Source: an uncultured Gemmatimonadales bacterium (GTDB lineage Bacteria > Gemmatimonadota > Gemmatimonadetes > Gemmatimonadales > GWC2-71-9). From it: a DNA stretch of 64,000 bases. Both the position numbers and the translations under genes were made by a program. How positions within the stretch are numbered: the first letter of the stretch is position 1; each line of letters begins with the position of its first letter. The stretch is taken from NCBI GenBank assembly GCA_963825055.1, contig CAWGSK010000013.1:73399-137398 (forward strand), given 5' to 3'. The notes under the pieces were generated by a model, which was not told the DNA's origin, made no database searches, and saw only the letters and a list, made by a program, of their open reading frames with translations. Below, one piece after another: positions 39,765 to 49,549 of the stretch.

Positions 39765-41562
39765 TCCTGAACTCCCACCGTGCCCCGAACACGCTCCCGA
39801 ACCTGGGCAATGCGTACTCCGGGACGTAGGCGCGCTTTTCGCCCGACATGTTGAGACGGTCGTAGTAGAGCGAGAGGCTGCCGAGCTGGATCTCGATCAG
39901 GCCCCGGAAGTATGTGGCCCCTCCCAGGACGATGGGGCTCCCGGACGCCGTGCCGATGGTGCCGGTTCCCCAGGCCTCCATGCCAAGCTGGAGCTTGAGG
40001 TCGAAGATGCCGCTCGGGAAACTCCGCAGGAACTTCGAGCGGATGGTGGCCGTGGTGAAGGAGTGGGTGGGAGGGATGCCGTCCACCGTTGCACCAAGCG
40101 GGTCGCTGTACCAGCCCTCGAGAGTTATCCAGCTGAGCGGCGTGATCCGGGCGCGGACGGTGAGCCAGTCGGTCTCGGCGGCGGGACGCAGGGAGTCAAC
40201 CAGGAGGTACGGGGTGAAGGGCCGCGCCTGGTAGGCGTGCGTCCGGCTGAGACCGGCCTCCAGCCCCAGGGGGCCGCTCTCCCAGGCGACCAGTGCCTGC
40301 AGGTCGCGCAGCGTCTGGCTGGTGTCGGACACGAGGGAGGGCTGGGCCACGACCTTCCCGATCCGCGCGTTGCCCGCCAGCACGACCCCGAACGGGAGGT
40401 TGAACCCGGCCCGCGCGCCGACCCACTGGCTGGTGCGGTCTCCGTCGTGACGCTGGTATCCGACTTCGCCACTCACGGTAAAACCCGCCACCCCGACGAG
40501 GCCGGCCCGCCCCCGCACGTCCCAGGGTGTCCAGCGCGAGCGGTGAAAGGCGGACCCGCCCACATGGAATCGCGGGGTGCGCCAGTCCGCCATCGCCCCC
40601 ACCTGGGTGACGGACTGCTCCACGCCCTCACCATCCCAGTGGCTCCGGCCGACCAGCAGTTCGAGTCGGGGGGCGGCCGGCGCAGCACGCCAGGAGACCC
40701 GCAGCTGGTTATCGCTCCGGGTGCCATCCAGCGGGAGGCCGATGGTGTCGCCCGCCGCCCGCTCGAACGCCTTTCGCTCCGGCCGCTGGCGGAGGCTCTG
40801 CACCTGCACGCCGAACCCGTCCGATGGCACCCAGCTCCCCTGCAGCCAGTAGTTGGTCACGGTGGAGCCGCTGCTGAAGCCGCTCCCGGTAGGCGCGTCG
40901 AAGTAGTCGCCCGCGATGGCAAAGCCGAGCCCGTGCTCGAACCGGCGTTCAAGCCCGCCGGAGTACCGGGTGATGCTCCGGTCACCGCTCGCCACGCCCA
41001 CCCACGAGCGCGCCGCACGGCGGTCATTCTGCCTGGTAAAGAGGTGTACACGCAGGAAGCCGGGCCACCGCTCCACCTCGATCCGCTCGATCAGGGAGAG
41101 CGCGAACAGCGATGGGTCGACGGCCAGCGTGTCCGTCCCGAGCGGGACGAACGGCAGGCCATCCACGACGTACTCGACCGACGAGGCCCCCCGCCCCTGA
41201 TAGTCCGGATACTCCGGCCGGCCGAACCAGCCGCCGCGCCACAGGTAGACGCCGGGCACCCGCTGGAGGAGGTCACCCACGGTCTGGGCCATGGCCCAGT
41301 CGATGGAATCACGGTTGATGACGATGCGGGAAAGTGGCGCGCGAGGACCCTCGATGCCGGATTGCGGCAGCACCGGCAGGACCATCGTCTCGGCTTTCTG
41401 CGCCTCGAGAAAGAGTGCCGTGCGGTCGACCGTGTCGGCGGGGATGGAATCGGCGGGAAGTGAATCGACGACCTGCGCGCCGGCGGACGACGCGGCCAGG
41501 CCGAGCAGCAGAAGGGCGAGGCCGGGGCCCCGCGCGCGATCAGCCCTGGCGCGCGAGGACAA
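39760..41562 (-). CDS. TonB-dependent-receptor-like outer-membrane protein (plug plus barrel)
   Basis: Plug-like segment DLLQRVPGVYLWRGG...VEYVVDGLPFVP...IERIEVERWPG, a beta-rich body and a C-terminal ...GARWEFRN. The start is uncertain (TTG at about 41562 inferred); the track ORF overlaps pepA. Confidence 0.65.
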   Translation of the reverse strand: MSSRARADRARGPGLALLLLGLAASSAGAQVVDSLPADSIPADTVDRTALFLEAQKAETMVLPVLPQSGIEGPRAPLSRIVINRDSIDWAMAQTVGDLLQRVPGVYLWRGGWFGRPEYPDYQGRGASSVEYVVDGLPFVPLGTDTLAVDPSLFALSLIERIEVERWPGFLRVHLFTRQNDRRAARSWVGVASGDRSITRYSGGLERRFEHGLGFAIAGDYFDAPTGSGFSSGSTVTNYWLQGSWVPSDGFGVQVQSLRQRPERKAFERAAGDTIGLPLDGTRSDNQLRVSWRAAPAAPRLELLVGRSHWDGEGVEQSVTQVGAMADWRTPRFHVGGSAFHRSRWTPWDVRGRAGLVGVAGFTVSGEVGYQRHDGDRTSQWVGARAGFNLPFGVVLAGNARIGKVVAQPSLVSDTSQTLRDLQALVAWESGPLGLEAGLSRTHAYQARPFTPYLLVDSLRPAAETDWLTVRARITPLSWITLEGWYSDPLGATVDGIPPTHSFTTATIRSKFLRSFPSGIFDLKLQLGMEAWGTGTIGTASGSPIVLGGATYFRGLIEIQLGSLSLYYDRLNMSGEKRAYVPEYALPRFGSVFGARWEFRN

Positions 41563-43024
41563 ATTCGGTGAACAGGCGGACACCGCTCGCCGTGGGCCCC
41601 TTGACCATGCCGCCGCGTTCCCGGTCGGAATACGCCGTGCCGGCGATATCCAGGTGCGCCCACGGCATGTCTCCCACGAACTCGCGCAGGAACCACCCGG
41701 CCGTGATGGTGCCGGCCGGCCGGCCGCCGCTGTTCTTGATGTCGGCAATGTCGGACTTGATGAGTTCGCGGTAGTCGTCCCACAGGGGCAGTTGCCAGGC
41801 CCGCTCTCCCGCGCGCTCCCCCGCGGCCAGCACCTGGTCCACGACCGACTGGTCCGTCCCCATGACGCCGATGGCCGAGTGACCGAGCGCGATCACCACC
41901 GCGCCGGTGAGCGTCGCGGCGTCCAGCACGCAGGCAGGCTTGTACCGGCTGGCCCACGAGAGCGCATCCGCGAGGAGGAGGCGCCCCTCGGCATCCGTGT
42001 TGACCACCTCGATGGTCTTGCCCGAATGCGCCCGGACGACGTCACCCGGCTTGTAGGCCGTGGCGGATGGCATGTTCTCGGCCGACGGCACGAGGCCGAT
42101 CACGTGCACCTTCGGCTTGAGCCGGCCCAGCGCCTCGAACGTGCCAAGCACGGCGGCGGCGCCGGACATGTCGAACTTCATCTCCTCCATGTTCGGCGCC
42201 GGCTTGATGGAGATGCCGCCTGTGTCGAAGGTGACACCCTTCCCCACCAGGACGACCGGCGCGCCCTTTGCGCCCCTGTATTCCAGCGCGATGAACCGCG
42301 GCTCGTTGGCACTCCCCTGCGCCACGGCCAGCAGCGCCCCCATCCCCTCCTTCTTCATGGCATCACGATCCAGCACCGTGACCTTGAATCCGTGCCGCTT
42401 TGCCAGGTCCCTGGCCGTGTCCGCCAGGAAAGCCGGCGTGCACATGTTGCCGGGCAGCATCTGCAGCCCCCGCGCGAACACGTGGCCCTCGCCGATGGCG
42501 GCCCCGCGCTCGAGCCCGGCCTCCACCTTCTTGTTCCCCTTCGGGACCAGGACCGCGAACCTCTCGAGGTCCACCGGCTTCTCCTCGGGTGGCTGCTTGA
42601 GCGCGTCGTACGCCCACGCGCCCTGCGCCAGCCCCTCGGCCATGGCCTGTCCGGCGCGCATCGGGCCGACCTGCTCCAGCAGTGCCGGATCCGGACAGAA
42701 CACCGCCTCCGCGACACCGGCCTTTGCCGCACGGCGGGACGCGACACTGGCGGCGGTCCGGAGTCGGGCGACGTCCACTTCCTCCACCTTGCCCATCCCC
42801 ACAACCAGAATCCGCTCGGCAGGACCGGGCGGATAGAGAATGGCAACGTCGTCCTTCCGACCCCGGAAGTCACGCGATCCAAGCAGCCGCGTCAGGGAAC
42901 CGTCCGCCGCCTTGTCCAGTGCGGTGAAGGCCTTCGGCAACTCGCCCTCGGTGACGGCGAGGGCGAGGAAAGGAGTCTTGTGGCTCTCGGGGGTTCCGAA
43001 CACGATACGGCTGGCAAGGGACAT
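41540..43024 (-). CDS. pepA: Leucyl aminopeptidase (M17)
   Basis: VGKGVTFDTGGISIKP, NTDAEGRL, GAGT...HLDIAGTA motifs. Start trimmed to MSLASRIVFG. Confidence 0.92.
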   Translation of the reverse strand: MSLASRIVFGTPESHKTPFLALAVTEGELPKAFTALDKAADGSLTRLLGSRDFRGRKDDVAILYPPGPAERILVVGMGKVEEVDVARLRTAASVASRRAAKAGVAEAVFCPDPALLEQVGPMRAGQAMAEGLAQGAWAYDALKQPPEEKPVDLERFAVLVPKGNKKVEAGLERGAAIGEGHVFARGLQMLPGNMCTPAFLADTARDLAKRHGFKVTVLDRDAMKKEGMGALLAVAQGSANEPRFIALEYRGAKGAPVVLVGKGVTFDTGGISIKPAPNMEEMKFDMSGAAAVLGTFEALGRLKPKVHVIGLVPSAENMPSATAYKPGDVVRAHSGKTIEVVNTDAEGRLLLADALSWASRYKPACVLDAATLTGAVVIALGHSAIGVMGTDQSVVDQVLAAGERAGERAWQLPLWDDYRELIKSDIADIKNSGGRPAGTITAGWFLREFVGDMPWAHLDIAGTAYSDRERGGMVKGPTASGVRLFTEFVLARQG

Positions 43025-43152
43025 GGGGACAGGCCGGCAGCTGGGGAGCGGATGGATGGCACCTCGGGACGGCACAAGCTAACGCCGCTCACCGGAAAAG
43101 AAAACGCCGCAAAGCGGCGCCCCCAACCACTTTCGCCCATGCGGGCGGGCGG

Positions 43153-44328
43153 TTACTCCGTCATGAAGACGCCTGCCGCACCGCCGAAACCATCATCCAC
43201 GGCGGGCAGTCCCGGCGGAACGTCCCAGGGACCGTCGTCCACCTGGATGTTCACCTCGTGCCGGCCGGGTGGGATCCGGAGGCGTGCAGTCCAGGTCCCC
43301 GACGGACCAGGCATGAGATCGACGATCCGCCACGCGGTGAAGTCCCCCATTATCCGCACCCGGTCCGCGCCCGGAAGGCGAACCCGGAGCAGCACCTGGT
43401 CGTCGGGAAGACGCGCCGCGGTGAACGCGAGGCCCCCGCGTGAGGGCCGCACGCGGGACCCGGGCCCCGCGTCGGTGGCAACCTTACCCGGCAGGGCCAG
43501 CCGCAGGCCCAGCGTGTGGTAGTCGCCACTCGGGCGTCCGGAGATGAGGTCCGCAGGGTAGCGTCCGATCGACCCGACGATGCCGACCCCCGGCTGGATC
43601 CACCACGTCGCGTGTGCCTGCCATGACATGGCGCCGGCATCGCGCCCGAAACGCCGCCCCAGCCCGGTGCCCACATCGAAAAGCCGGCCGTGCCAGTCGG
43701 CGGAGATGAGGGCGTCGGCGAAGTCGCCAGGAAAGCCCCGGGTGGAGGTGTCGGGCGCCACCTGGTCGATGGTGCCCGGCAGGCGCGGCCTCGATCCCGC
43801 CGCCCGCCCGCCGGTGATCGTCGTCCAGACCACGCCAAGGCCGAAGGACAGCGAGCCGAAGCGCCGGCTGGCGGCGCCCTCGACGCGGCCGACAGGAAAG
43901 GCCACGGTGCCATCCGTCCCGGCGCCACCCCGAACGTCGGCGGACCAGGCGATGTCACCCGCGTCACCTTCCAGCCCAAGGCCGAGCAGCGCGGACCCCC
44001 CGCTGGTGCGGGTCGGGGCCCGCTCCCACGACCCACGGAGGCCCGGTACCATACGGATGCCGCTGCCGAGCGGTATCCGGTAGCGCGCGGAGAATCCCGC
44101 ACCGCCTCCCCAGAACGGGCCGGCCCAGTCGGCCCAGCGCGCGTGGGCCTGGAGGTCCCACGCCGCGCGGCGAAACGCAAGTGAAGGCGCGAGGGAGACC
44201 ACGCCCCGATCGCTGACCGCTCCGCTGCTTCCCTGCCCCACACCGACATCCATCCAGCCGGTGACCTGCGCGCCGGCCGCCGGTGCCACTGCCAGCGAGA
44301 AGCCGAGGATCATGACGCGCCGTATCAT
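43153..44328 (-). CDS. Hypothetical secreted protein with C-terminal CBM48/AMPK-beta-like glycogen-binding-type domain
   Basis: Signal peptide and a beta-rich body. The C-terminus VRIMGDFTAWRIVDLMPGPSGTWTARLRIPPGRHEVNIQVDDGPW resembles the AMPK1_CBM fold. Confidence 0.55.
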   Translation of the reverse strand: MIRRVMILGFSLAVAPAAGAQVTGWMDVGVGQGSSGAVSDRGVVSLAPSLAFRRAAWDLQAHARWADWAGPFWGGGAGFSARYRIPLGSGIRMVPGLRGSWERAPTRTSGGSALLGLGLEGDAGDIAWSADVRGGAGTDGTVAFPVGRVEGAASRRFGSLSFGLGVVWTTITGGRAAGSRPRLPGTIDQVAPDTSTRGFPGDFADALISADWHGRLFDVGTGLGRRFGRDAGAMSWQAHATWWIQPGVGIVGSIGRYPADLISGRPSGDYHTLGLRLALPGKVATDAGPGSRVRPSRGGLAFTAARLPDDQVLLRVRLPGADRVRIMGDFTAWRIVDLMPGPSGTWTARLRIPPGRHEVNIQVDDGPWDVPPGLPAVDDGFGGAAGVFMTE

Positions 44329-44858
44329 GGCCGCGGCCCCGCTGGCGAGTCCGCAAACTCGCGACCCATCGAGACGAAATCGGCATCGCTCGCCCCTGTC
44401 CGGGCGAGATCGATCACGCGCTGCTCGGCCGCACCGGGCGACATGCCGCCCGATACGAGGTCAGTGAGGATACCCAGCGGCACCACGAGCGCCCCGGGCG
44501 GGCGGGTATCGCGAAGCCGCCCCAGGGCGGGCACACTCACACCAGCCCGCAGTGCCGCTGCTCCCGCGGTCACATCGGCCTCCGGGCTGTCCGGACCCAG
44601 CACTGCGCGCGACGCACGGAGCGAGGCAAGTACCTGCCCCACTACGACGATGATGCGGGGCTCCGGTGCGCCCTTGCTCACCCCTTCCAGCGTCTTGAGC
44701 AGGAGAGGCCGCGTGGGCAGCGCCTCTTCCCGCGCCGAATCCACCATCGCGTCGATCGCCCGGGCCAGCGTGGGAGACAGCTTGCCCTCGAGTCGGGCCT
44801 CCTGGGCGTGCGCGGAGGCAGTGGCGAAGAGGAGGAGAACGAAGGGGAGCCCTTTCAT
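44325..44858 (-). CDS. Hypothetical secreted protein
   Basis: Signal peptide MKGLPFVLLLFATASAHAQ. 4-bp overlaps with both neighbours. No family recognised. Confidence 0.5.
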   Translation of the reverse strand: MKGLPFVLLLFATASAHAQEARLEGKLSPTLARAIDAMVDSAREEALPTRPLLLKTLEGVSKGAPEPRIIVVVGQVLASLRASRAVLGPDSPEADVTAGAAALRAGVSVPALGRLRDTRPPGALVVPLGILTDLVSGGMSPGAAEQRVIDLARTGASDADFVSMGREFADSPAGPRP

Positions 44859-45358
44859 GAGCTGCGCGCGACCGTGATGACGGAGGTGGGCGTGCCGTAG
44901 TCGTCGAGGGCGGCTGGCTCCGAGGGATCGCCTACCCAGCGGCTGCCGTCGACCACGAACGTGTAGTGGTAGCGGCCGGGCGGCAGGGGCACCACCAGCA
45001 CCCAGCGGCCATCGCTCTCCTCGCGGAGCGGTGTGCCGGCCGGGTCCCAGTCATTGAAGTCCCCCACCAGCGCCACCCGCGCCGCCTCGGGAGCGCGAAG
45101 TTCGAAATGCACGGCGGTCGTGCCCGGCGTCGTACCTGGCGTGGAAATCGATCGCAGCAGCAGCCAGCCGCCGAGGAGCAGCACGACGGCCGCCGCCAGG
45201 CGCAGGAAGGCCGGAGGAAGCCAGGCCAGGCGCGCGGTGGGTCGATGCGCCCGGACCTGCGACATGACGCGGTGATCGAGCCCGGGATTGAGCTCCACCG
45301 GCTGCCGCAGCGCCTCGATCGCACGTTTCAGGGTGTCCTGGTCGTCCGCAGCGCTCAT
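44855..45358 (-). CDS. Putative anti-sigma factor with extracytoplasmic CBM48-like domain
   Basis: 4-bp overlap with the ECF sigma gene, a single TM (LAAAVVLLLGGWLLL), and a C-terminal VALVGDFNDWDPAGTPLREESDGRWVLVVPLPPGRYHYTFVVDG. Confidence 0.65.
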   Translation of the reverse strand: MSAADDQDTLKRAIEALRQPVELNPGLDHRVMSQVRAHRPTARLAWLPPAFLRLAAAVVLLLGGWLLLRSISTPGTTPGTTAVHFELRAPEAARVALVGDFNDWDPAGTPLREESDGRWVLVVPLPPGRYHYTFVVDGSRWVGDPSEPAALDDYGTPTSVITVARSS

Positions 45359-45921
45359 GACATTTCCCCCGCCAGCAGTTCGCGCAGCCGCTCGCAGGCC
45401 CGCATCACGCGCATCTTGAGCGCGGACACGCCGGCGCCGGTCAACTCCGCCATCTCCTCATAGTTCATCCCTTCCACGTGCCGGAGCAGGAACGCCTGCC
45501 GGTGCGCCGGGGGCACACGATCGAGCGCGTCACCGATCGCCTCGCGCCACGCGAAGGACTCCGCCTGGTCCGGGGCCAGCCCGGGGACGTCAGGCGGGAG
45601 GTCCGAACCTTCGACCTGGTCGGTCCGGATCCGCCGTCGGCGCCGCGTCCGGCAGCGGTTGGCCAGGATGCGGAAGAACCACGCCCCGAACCGGTCCGGG
45701 TTCTCGCAGCGGGGGAGCGCCCGGTAGGCCCGGACGAGGGCGTCCTGCAGGGCCTCCTCAGCGTCCTCCGGGTTCCCGATCATGTGCGTGGCGTACCGGC
45801 CGTAGCGCACCCGGTAGCGCGCCACCAGGTGCCGATAGGCCTCGACCTCCCCTGCCAGCACGCGGCGTACGAGGTCGCCGTCGCTGGTGTCCACGTGAGA
45901 AAGACCTTCAAGGCGGGGCAT
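45355..45921 (-). CDS. RNA polymerase ECF-type sigma-70 factor
   Basis: Region 2 (EDAEEALQDALVRAY...F..W) and region 4 (MNYEEMAELTGAGVSALKMRVMRA) signatures. Confidence 0.9.
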   Translation of the reverse strand: MPRLEGLSHVDTSDGDLVRRVLAGEVEAYRHLVARYRVRYGRYATHMIGNPEDAEEALQDALVRAYRALPRCENPDRFGAWFFRILANRCRTRRRRRIRTDQVEGSDLPPDVPGLAPDQAESFAWREAIGDALDRVPPAHRQAFLLRHVEGMNYEEMAELTGAGVSALKMRVMRACERLRELLAGEMS

Positions 45922-46176
45922 CGGTCACAGGGCTCCGGGGGCGGGATGCCTGGGAGACGCCGGACCCTGCCCCTCCCAACACCGCCCCGCCGGGCGGTCG
46001 GGGACAGGCGGGAACAGGGCGGACGGGAAGAGGGCGGACGTGAATAGGACGGACGGGATGTCGGGTGTCGCCGAAGCTCGATCGTCCCGGAGCGGACGTC
46101 AGTGAGCGGTGGCATGCTCGCGATCTGGCCGTTGGACGCGTACGGGGGCCGCGGAGGGACGAGCGAGCAAGGCGGG

Positions 46177-48675
46177 CTAGAACTCCTTCTGAAGCAGCTC
46201 CAGGGCGCGTACCAGATCCGGCACCTCGTCCAGCACCGGGAGCAGAGGGTCTTCCTTCATACCGGTCAGGCGTTCGGGCATGGTTTCTATCGTGAATGCG
46301 GCAATCGAAAGGTCGGGGTTGACTTCGTCCCAGGTCAGCGGCGTTGAGACCGGGGCGCCGGGGAGCGGTCGGACGCTGTAGGGGGCCACCAGGAGCCGCC
46401 CGTGGCCGTTCTGGAGGAAGTCCACGTAGACCTTTCCCTTCCGGCGGGAGACCTGGCGGGTAATGGTCGCAATTTCCGGCAGGCGCTTCACGATCGCCCG
46501 GGCCAGCACCTCGCCGAGGGCGCGGGTCTGCTCGAACGTGAACTGGCGGCCAACCGGCACCAGGACGTGCAGGCCGCTCGAGCCGCTGGTCTTGATGTAG
46601 TTGGGCAGCGCGCACCGCTCGCAGAGGGCGTGCAGTTCGTTCGCGATGGCCACGACATCCCCGAAGGGCGCCTCCTTCGGGTCCAGGTCCAGGATGCACC
46701 AGTCGGGCCGCTCGAGCGTGCTGATCCGGCTACCCCAGACATGCAGCGGAATCGCCGCGCTGTTGGCGAGGTAGATGAGCGACGCGATGTCGTCACAGAC
46801 GAAGTAGTCGATCTCGCGCTCGGCGTGTTCGCTCCACATCCGCTCGGTGCGAAGCCACTCCGGGATGTACTCCGGCGCGTCCTTCTGGAAGAAGCTCTTG
46901 CCGTCGATCCCGTCCGGATATCGCGTCAGGACCACCAGCCGGTCCTTGAGGAACGGCAGGACCCAGTCGGCCACGCCGCGGTAGTACGCGATGAGGTCGC
47001 CCTTGGTGTAGCCCTCCTCCGGCCAGAAGACCTTGTCCACGTTGGACAGCGGCACCTGGTCGGGGTCCATGGGCGGGATCTCCACGACGGGCAGTGGCGG
47101 CGGCTCGCCCTCCGACTCATCGTGCAGTTCGGCGATTTCCTTGTCATCCCGGAAGCGCTCGAACACCGGGTGGCGCAGCAGCCCTTCCTTCGTCCGCTCC
47201 TTGAAGCGGACCTGCGCCACGAATTCGGGTTCCACCCACGTCGTGTCCTTGAGCTTCGGCGCGCCCTCGCAGGGCGGATCCTTCCGGGCCGAGGCCTCGA
47301 GGCTGGCCCGGATCTCGCCGAGCCTCGCCGGGTCCAGCCCGCTGCCCGCCCGTCCCGCGTACACGAGCCGGCCGTCTCGGCGCTCAGCCAGGTGGAGGGC
47401 ACCAATGCCGTCCCGGCTCCCTTTCGGCTCGGTGAACCCGACCACCGCGAAGTCCCCGTTCTGGTCAGCCCGGATCTTGACCCAGTCGGCGCTCCGGCCC
47501 ATGTGGTACGGGCTGTCGGCCTTCTTCCCGACGATACCCTCCAGCCCGAGGGCCGTCACCTTCTCGTACAGGGCCTCCCCCAGTTCCTCGAAGTCCTCGA
47601 CATACCGGAGCGGCCCGACCGGCGGGAGTACGCGTCGGAGCAGCGCCTTCCGCTCGCGCAGGGGCATGCGTCGAAGGTCCCGCCCCTCCAGGGAGAGCAG
47701 GTCGAAGGCGAAATAGGTAACGGGGTTGCCCGCCGAGGCGACCGCGACGTCCCGCGGGCGGGAGAGGCGGGCGCGCTCCTGCAGCCGGTCGAAGCTCGGC
47801 ATGCCATCGGCGCCGAGTGCCACGACCTCGCCGTCCATCAGGAAATCGTGGAACGGCAGCGACTTCACGGCGAGCGCGACTTCGGGAAAGTTGGTGGCGG
47901 CGTCGTTTCCGTTCCGGGTGCGTACCACCACCTCGCCATCGCGGCGGCCGGCCAGGATCCGGTAGCCGTCCAGCTTGAGCTCGAAGAGCCACCCCTTCCG
48001 GGTGAAGGGGCTGTCGCGCTGCTCGGCCAGCATCGGGCTCACCTCGTCGGGAGCGGGCGCGGGGTCGGTCACGCCGTCGGCATCGAGTTCCTGCCGGAGG
48101 GCCTCGCCGGGATGCACGCCGTCCCGCAGCTCCTCCACGGTGAGGCCCGACAGGATGGACTGCGGCGGCACCGTACTGTCGTCCTGTTCGGTCCCCTCGG
48201 CTTTCTCCCGTATCAGGAGCCACTCGTTCTCGCCCTTCTTGAGCTTCACCAGCGTCCAGATGCCGCGCATCTTGTAGCCCCGCAGCTCGAACAGCAGCTT
48301 GCCCTTCTTCCATCCCTCCTCGATGTCCTCGAGCGGGAGCCACACCCCGCGGTCCCAGAGGATCACCGCGCCCGCGCCATAATTTCCCTCCGGGATCAGG
48401 CCCTCGAAGTCGCCGTAGTCGAGCGGGTGGTCCTCCACATGGACCGCCAGGCGCTTCTCCTTCGGGTCCAGGCTGGGCCCCTTCGGGACCGCCCACGACT
48501 TGAGCACCCCGTCCATCTCCAGCCGGAGGTCGTAGTGCAGCCGGCGGGCGGCGTGCTGCTGGATGACGAAGCGCTGGCCGCCCGGCCGGATGGCCTTGCC
48601 GGCGGGCTCCGGTGTGCGGCTGGGGGTGCGTTTCTCCCGGTAACGCTTGAGGGGGTCGGGTCCGGTTGCGGGCAT
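46177..48675 (-). CDS. ligD: ATP-dependent DNA ligase D (phosphoesterase-ligase-polymerase)
   Basis: PE domain FVIQQHAARRLHYDLRLE...WAVPKGPS, ligase adenylation motif FELKLDGYR, and a C-terminal primase-polymerase domain (SGSSGLHVLVP). Start trimmed to MPATGPDPLKRY. Confidence 0.92.
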   Translation of the reverse strand: MPATGPDPLKRYREKRTPSRTPEPAGKAIRPGGQRFVIQQHAARRLHYDLRLEMDGVLKSWAVPKGPSLDPKEKRLAVHVEDHPLDYGDFEGLIPEGNYGAGAVILWDRGVWLPLEDIEEGWKKGKLLFELRGYKMRGIWTLVKLKKGENEWLLIREKAEGTEQDDSTVPPQSILSGLTVEELRDGVHPGEALRQELDADGVTDPAPAPDEVSPMLAEQRDSPFTRKGWLFELKLDGYRILAGRRDGEVVVRTRNGNDAATNFPEVALAVKSLPFHDFLMDGEVVALGADGMPSFDRLQERARLSRPRDVAVASAGNPVTYFAFDLLSLEGRDLRRMPLRERKALLRRVLPPVGPLRYVEDFEELGEALYEKVTALGLEGIVGKKADSPYHMGRSADWVKIRADQNGDFAVVGFTEPKGSRDGIGALHLAERRDGRLVYAGRAGSGLDPARLGEIRASLEASARKDPPCEGAPKLKDTTWVEPEFVAQVRFKERTKEGLLRHPVFERFRDDKEIAELHDESEGEPPPLPVVEIPPMDPDQVPLSNVDKVFWPEEGYTKGDLIAYYRGVADWVLPFLKDRLVVLTRYPDGIDGKSFFQKDAPEYIPEWLRTERMWSEHAEREIDYFVCDDIASLIYLANSAAIPLHVWGSRISTLERPDWCILDLDPKEAPFGDVVAIANELHALCERCALPNYIKTSGSSGLHVLVPVGRQFTFEQTRALGEVLARAIVKRLPEIATITRQVSRRKGKVYVDFLQNGHGRLLVAPYSVRPLPGAPVSTPLTWDEVNPDLSIAAFTIETMPERLTGMKEDPLLPVLDEVPDLVRALELLQKEF

Positions 48676-48701
48676 ACCGGCAATATCATACTGTACAGTC
48701 C

Positions 48702-49544
48702 ATGAGCGCACGTCCCATCGCCGCGGCCAACATCTCCTTCGGCCTGGTCTCGGTGCCGGTCAAGCTGTACTCCTCCTCGGAGTCCTCGGCCAGCATCTCG
48801 TTCAACTGGCTGCACAAGGAGTGCAGCTCGCGGCTCAAGCAGCAGTACATCTGCACCAATGACGACCAGGTCGTCAGCCGTGACGACATGGTCAAGGGCT
48901 ACGAGTTCGCCAAGGGTCAGTACGTCACCTTCACGCCCGAAGAGCTGAAGACCCTGGACGAAAAGGCCACCAACAGCATCGATGTCAGCGAGTTCGTCCC
49001 GCTCGAGGAGGTCGAGCGGCTCTATCTCGACAAGACCTACTATCTGGGGCCCGACAAGGGCGGCGACCGGGCCTACCGGCTGCTGGCGAAGGCGCTGGAG
49101 GAAACCGGCCGCGCGGCGGTGGGCCAGTACGCGGCCCGCGGGCGGCAGTACCTCATCCTCATCCGTCCGAAGAACGGCATGCTGGTGCTCGAGCAGTTGC
49201 ACTACGCCGACGAGATGCGCCCCGCCACCGAGGTCCCGCTGGAGGAGGGCGAGGTCAAGCCGACCGAGCTCGAACTCGCCAAGCAGCTCATCGAGCAGAC
49301 CGCCACCGACGAGTTCCACCCGGAGCGTTACAAGGACACCGTGCGCGACCGCGTCATGGAAGCGATCCAGGGCAAGGTGGAGGGCGAGGAGATCACCGCC
49401 GCGCCCGCCGAGGAACCGCAGGCCAAGATCATCGACCTCATGGCCGCCCTCAAGGCCAGCCTCGCGAAGAAGGGCGAGGGAGCCGGCGAGGATGCTGAAG
49501 AGAAGCCGGCGAAGAAGAAGGCCGCGAAGAAGAAGGCGGGATGA
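48702..49544 (+). CDS. ku: Ku protein (NHEJ)
   Basis: ISFGLVSVPVKLY...YLGPDKGGDRAYRLL... with a Lys-rich C-terminal tail. Start at MSARPIAA. Confidence 0.93.
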   Translation: MSARPIAAANISFGLVSVPVKLYSSSESSASISFNWLHKECSSRLKQQYICTNDDQVVSRDDMVKGYEFAKGQYVTFTPEELKTLDEKATNSIDVSEFVPLEEVERLYLDKTYYLGPDKGGDRAYRLLAKALEETGRAAVGQYAARGRQYLILIRPKNGMLVLEQLHYADEMRPATEVPLEEGEVKPTELELAKQLIEQTATDEFHPERYKDTVRDRVMEAIQGKVEGEEITAAPAEEPQAKIIDLMAALKASLAKKGEGAGEDAEEKPAKKKAAKKKAG

Positions 49545-49549
49545 CGGCA

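Noticed and set aside
48690-48699. Calling ACTGTACAGT a LexA/SOS box.
   Set aside because: It lacks the 8-nt spacer of the CTGT-N8-ACAG consensus, and I do not know the LexA motif of this lineage. I kept it only as an unassigned palindrome.
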